Positions 58,614-64,000 of a stretch of 64,000 bases of DNA are shown piece after piece. Position numbers and translations under genes: made by a program. Each line of letters starts with the position of its first letter. Positions within the stretch are counted from its first letter, which is position 1. The notes under the pieces were generated by a model, which was not told where the DNA came from, did no database searches, and worked only from the letters and a program-made list of their open reading frames with translations. The DNA is from Nitrososphaerota archaeon (lineage in GTDB: Archaea > Thermoproteota > Nitrososphaeria_A > Caldarchaeales > Calditenuaceae). The stretch lies in contig JBEPYO010000001.1 of assembly GCA_041641295.1 (NCBI GenBank), forward strand, positions 1,440,001 through 1,504,000, given 5' to 3'.

Positions 58614-60616
58614 CTCTTTTCAGCCGGTTTGAGGAGCTCCGAGATGTCCTTGACGCTTATACGGTCCTCCACACCTAAGACCCTCCTAGCGTCCTCGAGC
58701 ATGGCTAGGCAGAAGGGGCACTCGGTAACCACTGTAGTCGCACCCGTCTCCAGCAGCTCCTCAAGTCTGTGCAGGTTTTCACGCTTAGCCCGCTTTATGT
58801 CGAGCCAGTAGTTACCGCCACCCGCTCCGCAACACATGGTCTGTCTGCCGCTCCTCCTCGGCTCCCTCAACTCAGAGCCACTAAGTGCCTCCCTCGGTTC
58901 AGCTACGAACCCATGCATCCTCGAGAAGATGCATGAGTCGTGTATGGTGAGGGGCCCTACCGCGGCCAGCTTAAATTTCCCCTCCTTCACAAGTCTGTGT
59001 AGCAGCTGTATGTGGCTCACTACTCTAAACTCCGCTCCTAAATCCCTGTACTGTCGAGAGAATATGTCGAAGCAGTGTGGGCAGTGGGTGATAACCTCCT
59101 TAACCCCCTTGGACTTCAGCAGGCTTATCACCTCCTCGGCCAGTTCTTGGTACCTCCCCTCCTCCCCCAACCTCCTCGCGGGATCACCATTACACACCTC
59201 CTCGCTAGTCATCACTGCAAACCTAACACCCGCCGAGACCATCAGCGACGCTATCTGCTTAACAACCTGCCTAGCCCTAGGGTCGTAAGCCCCCATGCAT
59301 CCAACCCAGTAGACCGTCTCAACCGACTCCTCATCCTCAACCCTCCTAACTCCCATCTGGGCAAGCTCCTCTAGGAGCTTCACCCTCTCACCCTGACCAA
59401 GCCCAAACGGGTTCCTAGCCCTAGCAAGGTTCGAAAGCGTCTCAACCCCCTTCCTAGTGACGCTCCCACGCAGAGCAAGCGCCCTCCTCAGCTCAACTAT
59501 AAGCTCCATAGGGCTTATGAGGACCGGGCAGGCATACTCACACGCCCCGCACGTGGTGCAGGCATAGACCTCGTCTAGTGTGAAGGTGTTGGAGTCGAAG
59601 AGGTCTTCACCCCTCCTCTTCCACCAAGCCCTCCTTAATTTCTGGACAATAATTCGAGGGGAGAGAGGTGTGCCTGCGATGAGGGCTGGGCAAACCTCGT
59701 CACAGCGTCCACAGTCTGTGCAGGCGTCGAGCTGTAGTATCTGGCGTGGCTTAAGGTCACTGATGCTGCTTATGCCTACGGGGGGTAGACTCGCCTCCAA
59801 GTCGAGCTTGCTCAGTATGAAGGGTGTCTCTAACAGGCCTGGGGCCTTGGCATGCTGTTTATTCACTGCCACGTTAAGCGAGGCCGCAAGTATGTGTAGC
59901 AGGTTGGTGAATGGCAGGGCTGCCACGCCTGCGAAGGAAGCCACCGCGTGTGTCCACCAGAGAGCTCTATACACCGTCACCAAGGCATCGCCTCCAACGT
60001 TCAGGCCGCCAATATAGGCCGCCAGCAACGCCCCTACTGGAGAGTAGATGCTCCAAGGCGGGCTCCGTAGATATATTCTGATTCCCTCAAGGATGAAGCC
60101 TGTCACGCCTATGAAGAGTAGTAGCCAGAGTATTGCCAGATACTCCCTCCTATAGCTGAGTCGGCTTGGCTTTGTGACTGTCCTCCTGAGTAGGGCGTAC
60201 ACCAGACTCAGTATTAGGAGCAGGCCGAAGGCATCCAGTAGGACCTCGAAGACTAGGTAGAAGTCCCCTACTAGGAGACGCGTCTTGAGCGGCCGCAAAA
60301 TATCGTAGTCAACAAATACTAGGGTGGTGCCTATGAAGAGTGCCAAGATGCCGTAGGATATTAGAAAATGCATCACACCAGGCCTAATGTCGCGGAGGAT
60401 ACGTCTCTGAGCCCACGCAAACTCTATAATCGACTTTATGAACCCGCTTGGGCTGCTCTTGAAGGCGCTCCAGATAAGCCTCAAATCATAGCTTCCCAGC
60501 CTCAAGTAGATGCCGTAGAGGAACACCGCGGCGAATGGTGCGAGGACAATATACATGATAATATCAGTCCCCTCAGGCATCAGGATGAGATTCTCTCTGG
60601 CGGGCACACTACTCAT
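58610..60616 (-). CDS. Membrane Fe-S oxidoreductase, HdrE/NarI-like + HdrD/GlpC-like fusion (FadF-like)
   Basis: N-terminal TM block with conserved His; two CxxCxxCxxxCP; CCG domains (WVGC, CPHC, HDSC, CCGAGGG, CPFC). Confidence 0.88.
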   Translation of the reverse strand: MSSVPARENLILMPEGTDIIMYIVLAPFAAVFLYGIYLRLGSYDLRLIWSAFKSSPSGFIKSIIEFAWAQRRILRDIRPGVMHFLISYGILALFIGTTLVFVDYDILRPLKTRLLVGDFYLVFEVLLDAFGLLLILSLVYALLRRTVTKPSRLSYRREYLAILWLLLFIGVTGFILEGIRIYLRSPPWSIYSPVGALLAAYIGGLNVGGDALVTVYRALWWTHAVASFAGVAALPFTNLLHILAASLNVAVNKQHAKAPGLLETPFILSKLDLEASLPPVGISSISDLKPRQILQLDACTDCGRCDEVCPALIAGTPLSPRIIVQKLRRAWWKRRGEDLFDSNTFTLDEVYACTTCGACEYACPVLISPMELIVELRRALALRGSVTRKGVETLSNLARARNPFGLGQGERVKLLEELAQMGVRRVEDEESVETVYWVGCMGAYDPRARQVVKQIASLMVSAGVRFAVMTSEEVCNGDPARRLGEEGRYQELAEEVISLLKSKGVKEVITHCPHCFDIFSRQYRDLGAEFRVVSHIQLLHRLVKEGKFKLAAVGPLTIHDSCIFSRMHGFVAEPREALSGSELREPRRSGRQTMCCGAGGGNYWLDIKRAKRENLHRLEELLETGATTVVTECPFCLAMLEDARRVLGVEDRISVKDISELLKPAEKS

Positions 60617-60678
60617 AACTTACACCAAAGCTAGATTCCATAAGCACTAGTTATTAATTAGTTATCCACTCCACATCT

Positions 60679-60900
60679 GTGGCGATGGTGAGGTATCTGG
60701 TCGTCGTTTGTGCGAAGTGTGGCAGCTACAGGGTTGTAAGCGGTGTGCAGAAAACTTTCAGATGCTTTAGCTGCGGAACCGTGTCTGGTCTAAGGCAGGA
60801 GCTTGTAGTGGCCTATGCCAACACGGCCGAGGAGGCGAGGCAGAAGATCGCGCACCTGAAAATTTCTAGGGCGGCGAGGAGGGAGGAATCAAAGCCATGA
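60679..60900 (+). CDS. Small zinc-ribbon protein (DUF1922-like)
   Basis: Y.VV.CAKCG...KTFRCFSCG...AEEAR. Confidence 0.65.
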   Translation: MAMVRYLVVVCAKCGSYRVVSGVQKTFRCFSCGTVSGLRQELVVAYANTAEEARQKIAHLKISRAARREESKP

Positions 60901-62016
60901 ATGCAGCTCTATGACTTCCTCAGGCTCGCCGGCATAGTTTTTGAACCTAGCTGGGGTGAAAGTTTCGACTGAGACTGGCGCCTTTCCACTGGCTATATAC
61001 TCTACTAGGTCTTGGCTCAGCGCTGGACCCCGCATTATCCCGTAGCCATCAAGCCCGTCGATGATGAACAGGTTTGGATTGCTCGGAACCTGCCCCACTA
61101 GGGGGCGGCCATCTGGTGTGGAGCTGCATACACCAGTCCAACCTCCCGTCAGCCGGTAGTCCTCGGGGCGCTTCAGCCTATCCAGCAACTTCTGCCCAAG
61201 CTCATCGATGAACTCCCTCGCAGGATGTGGGGGACAATCTGAGGGTGACTTGAGCTTTACGGCAAACCCGTTACCCACTAGGAGCGAACTCAGCCCGAAC
61301 CGCCTCATATAGACGTGGTTCTCCTCAATAAACACGGGAACATCGCATACATTCCCCGCCACATTAAATGACAGTACTTGGCATGCGTAGACAAGCGTTG
61401 GCACCCGCCAGATCCCACTCTTAGCGAGGAGATCCCTATTCCACGCGCCAGCGGCTAGGACAGCTTGATCGAAAGAGAGCCCATCCCCTCTCAAGTGAAT
61501 GATTCTCTGATCCGCGTCTAGTCCTGTGATCTCCGTCCACTCGTAGATCTTGACACCAAGGCCGTCCAGCCTCTCTCTCAGGGAAGAGAAGAGGCCAGAC
61601 ATCTCAACCACAATGTCATCGGGGGTATAGAGACCAACCTCATAGTCTTTAACCCTCATCCAGCCAACCCAGTCGGCCAGCTCTCCATTACTTAAGACCC
61701 TATACCTGACACCGGCACCATCCAATAGCTCCCTCGAGTATCTCGACATCCAGTAAGGCTCTATTGAGAGAAACCCTGTCCTCAGAACAGAGTCTGAAGC
61801 GACACTCCTGTAAATCTCTTGACTCCTCTTAGACAGCTGTATGTCGATGGGAAGTACTAGTTGTGTAGTGTGTATCCCCGCGCATTTTCCACTAGACCCG
61901 CTTCCCAGATGCCCAGCCTCAACGAGTGCAACCTTGAACCCCTTCTCGGCGGCAAAGTAGGCCGTGAAGGAGCCTACTACGCCGCCACCCACCACGACCA
62001 GTTCATAGTGCCTCAT
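60889..62016 (-). CDS. FAD-dependent glycine/D-amino-acid oxidase family protein
   Basis: VVGGGVVG, GSSGK.AG, LAAGAW, TPDGRPLVG, G..GYG. Confidence 0.85.
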   Translation of the reverse strand: MRHYELVVVGGGVVGSFTAYFAAEKGFKVALVEAGHLGSGSSGKCAGIHTTQLVLPIDIQLSKRSQEIYRSVASDSVLRTGFLSIEPYWMSRYSRELLDGAGVRYRVLSNGELADWVGWMRVKDYEVGLYTPDDIVVEMSGLFSSLRERLDGLGVKIYEWTEITGLDADQRIIHLRGDGLSFDQAVLAAGAWNRDLLAKSGIWRVPTLVYACQVLSFNVAGNVCDVPVFIEENHVYMRRFGLSSLLVGNGFAVKLKSPSDCPPHPAREFIDELGQKLLDRLKRPEDYRLTGGWTGVCSSTPDGRPLVGQVPSNPNLFIIDGLDGYGIMRGPALSQDLVEYIASGKAPVSVETFTPARFKNYAGEPEEVIELHSWL

Positions 62017-62137
62017 GCTGGTTCTATAGTATTAGCCTCGACATTATAAACTTCTCAACTTATAAAGGATATTATATTTCGCAGCCCCAGATTAGTATTT
62101 AAGGGCAGTTTATTATCAATTATTTGGTGATATAAAC

Positions 62138-62209
62138 GTGTGTACTATATTTTTGATTTTGAGTTGCATAATTATAATTCTTTTCGTCTATTTGACCTCG
62201 TATTATTAG
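62138..62209 (+). CDS. Candidate 23-aa single-TM microprotein
   Basis: GTG...TAG gives MCTIFLILSCIIIILFVYLTSYY; GGTGA SD at 62126-62130, TTTAAG at 62098-62103. Confidence 0.25.
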   Translation: MCTIFLILSCIIIILFVYLTSYY

Positions 62210-62276
62210 TCCAAGTTGTATCCGCCTGTGATTGGGTTAAATAGTGATTGTTGTTATTGTTGTATAGTAGCCGTTT

Positions 62277-63665
62277 TTAAGATTTTCTACCACTTTTCTC
62301 GAGGTATTTCTGGAGTATGCGGAGGAATTTTTCCGCCACTTCGACGCTGTTCCTGCCGGTTATTGTTATCATAGGCTCCTTCCCCCAGTCTCCCCGGTGA
62401 AATATTATGTCGGTCACTTTGCCGGCCGACTCGTAGGCTCTTGCAACCCCCCATCTAATGGTCATACCCTCGACATATTTGATCTCAGGCGGCTCTTGGC
62501 TTCTGTCGTATGAGCTGATGGAGAATCCGAGGTCGCGGGCGACTGCGAGGATCTCCTCAGAGTATTTGATGTTCATGGCGGCCCTCTTTGATGGGTCGTA
62601 CTGGGCTATCGTCAGGACTGTGTCGGCAACATGTCTGGAGCCACCCATCCAGGGATGCGAGGCGGCCTTCAGTCTGTTGAAAATCCGCGTAATCCTTCCT
62701 GGGACAGCCACCACCTCATCTCGGCTGGTAGCGCCTAGTGGGGCCTCTGCTATGTTTATTCCGGACTCGGGCGCCAGCTCTCCAGCCCCTTCAGCATCCT
62801 CGATTATCCTTACAGCCTCGCGAACATTTGTCAACGCATCTAGAAGACTAGCTCGCTTAGCCACATATGACATGGGGTTAACCGGCCCGGCACCCTGACC
62901 TATTAGGAACCCTCCCTTAATCGCCTCATACACAAAGCTCTGAGCCTTCTTAACTGCCTCCGGTATTGTGGAGCCCTTCGCCAGCTCTGTGGCCACTGCA
63001 GACGCAAATACACAACCCGTACCATGCGTTGCTCTAGTGTCGAGTCTCGGAACCTCAAATCTATAGTATGAGCCCTCATAGTATAGTATATCAATGACTC
63101 TCTCGCCATGTAGGTGGCCGCCCTTCACAACGACAGCCGGTATCCCAAAATTATCCGCAAGCGTCTTAGCCACTAACTTCTGGTCCTCCTCCGTCATGAT
63201 TCTAATGCCGCTTAGGACTGTTGCCTCACTGGCGTTAGGTGTTATTACTGTGGAGATTGGGAGTAGGCTCTTCTTCAGCTCGTCCACGGCAGCGGATTGG
63301 AGGAGCTGGGCCCCACTCTTAGCAACCATCACTGGGTCAACGACCTTTGGCACGTCAAGCCCGCGCAGCTCCCGGCTTACCGCCCTAATTATCTCCGAGG
63401 TATGGAGCATCCCTGTCTTAACCGCGTCCACACCAATATCGCTTACACACACTCTTATCTGCTCGGCTATGAAATCGGGGTCGAGGTCAACTATCTTTGT
63501 GACCTCTTTAGTGTTTTGGGCAGTCAGGGATGTTATGGCTGACATTCCATGCCCTCCCAGAGCCGCTATGGTCTTGAGGTCTGCCTGAATCCCGGCCCCG
63601 CCCCCGGAATCGGAGCCAGCAACTGTGAGAACTCTGGGAACCCGCGAGACCATACTGTGTAACAT
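62277..63665 (-). CDS. thiDN: Bifunctional HMP(P) kinase / thiamine-phosphate synthase ThiDN
   Basis: AGSDSGGGAGIQAD, KTGML, DPVM, TPN, HGTGC; C-terminal ThiN (GSRHVA, RAAMNIKY, YDR..EP, GD.GKEPM). Confidence 0.95.
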   Translation of the reverse strand: MLHSMVSRVPRVLTVAGSDSGGGAGIQADLKTIAALGGHGMSAITSLTAQNTKEVTKIVDLDPDFIAEQIRVCVSDIGVDAVKTGMLHTSEIIRAVSRELRGLDVPKVVDPVMVAKSGAQLLQSAAVDELKKSLLPISTVITPNASEATVLSGIRIMTEEDQKLVAKTLADNFGIPAVVVKGGHLHGERVIDILYYEGSYYRFEVPRLDTRATHGTGCVFASAVATELAKGSTIPEAVKKAQSFVYEAIKGGFLIGQGAGPVNPMSYVAKRASLLDALTNVREAVRIIEDAEGAGELAPESGINIAEAPLGATSRDEVVAVPGRITRIFNRLKAASHPWMGGSRHVADTVLTIAQYDPSKRAAMNIKYSEEILAVARDLGFSISSYDRSQEPPEIKYVEGMTIRWGVARAYESAGKVTDIIFHRGDWGKEPMITITGRNSVEVAEKFLRILQKYLEKSGRKS

Positions 63666-63668
63666 ACT

Positions 63669-64000
63669 CTACCCCATTCTTATAACTATGTCAGATACCT
63701 GCAGCAGCTGTTCGACAAAACTCTTCTCCCTCACAGATATGCCAGTGCCCTTATCATCTGCGAGCCTAGAGCCGTAGTAGGCTGTGACCAGCCACGCCCT
63801 CGCGAGGGACATGGCAGAGAATAGCTGCGCCGGCTCTCCTGCGTGAATGTAGATGGTTACATCGTTTATAGCTAGGATAGGTGTGGGGTTCTTGCTGTAC
63901 TCCTCTAGGAGTGGCCTTATCGACTCTTCGTTTGCCTTAGCCAGCCTACTCACGTCCTCCGCGTCTCTTCCAATGAGCCTCGGGGGCCTTATCTCCCAGC
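63669..64000 (-). CDS. Hypothetical protein, 5' end outside the window
   Basis: Frame open to the window edge (...WEIRPPRLIGRDAEDVSRLAKAN...INDVTIYIHAG...YYG...DDKGTGISVREK), 3 nt from the thiDN start. Confidence 0.6.
   Translation of the reverse strand, partial: WEIRPPRLIGRDAEDVSRLAKANEESIRPLLEEYSKNPTPILAINDVTIYIHAGEPAQLFSAMSLARAWLVTAYYGSRLADDKGTGISVREKSFVEQLLQVSDIVIRMG

Noticed and set aside
62161-62188. GAGTTGCATAA-TTATAA resembling the left arm and spacer of a dif site
   Set aside because: Right arm does not match and there is no dyad symmetry.

Overview
Archaeal chromosomal window; gene content and style suggest a TACK-lineage thermophile, plausibly Aigarchaeota/Caldarchaeales (inference). 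1-18.9 kb is mostly housekeeping: an EndoQ missed by the ORF track, a large surface protein, GINS23-MCM-Hel308, CitG-like, Taw1, aspartokinase, PriS and a SAMP/MoaD + MoeB-rhodanese pair. An intron-containing tRNA-Leu(CAG) is followed by a ~16.6 kb, visibly more AT-rich sugar/polyol catabolism island: six oxidoreductases, an F420-type LLM enzyme, a cupin PGI, an FGGY kinase, a CUT2 ABC importer and, unexpectedly, a highly divergent group II chaperonin. After it come a partial his operon, a small CdrS-like RHH gene missed by the ORF track, the canonical thermosome with rpoK, an orphan DNA methyltransferase, OFOR alpha/beta, a MoxR-DUF58 surface-protein cluster, an HdrED/FadF-like oxidoreductase, an AT-rich gap with a candidate microprotein, and thiDN. 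Best novelty candidates: the island-encoded chaperonin with altered ATP-site motifs next to an actin-fold sugar kinase, and the ubiquitin-like protein with a 9-residue extension after its GG motif. No CRISPR array, integrase or transposase was seen. All family calls are from motif recognition by eye, not database searches.
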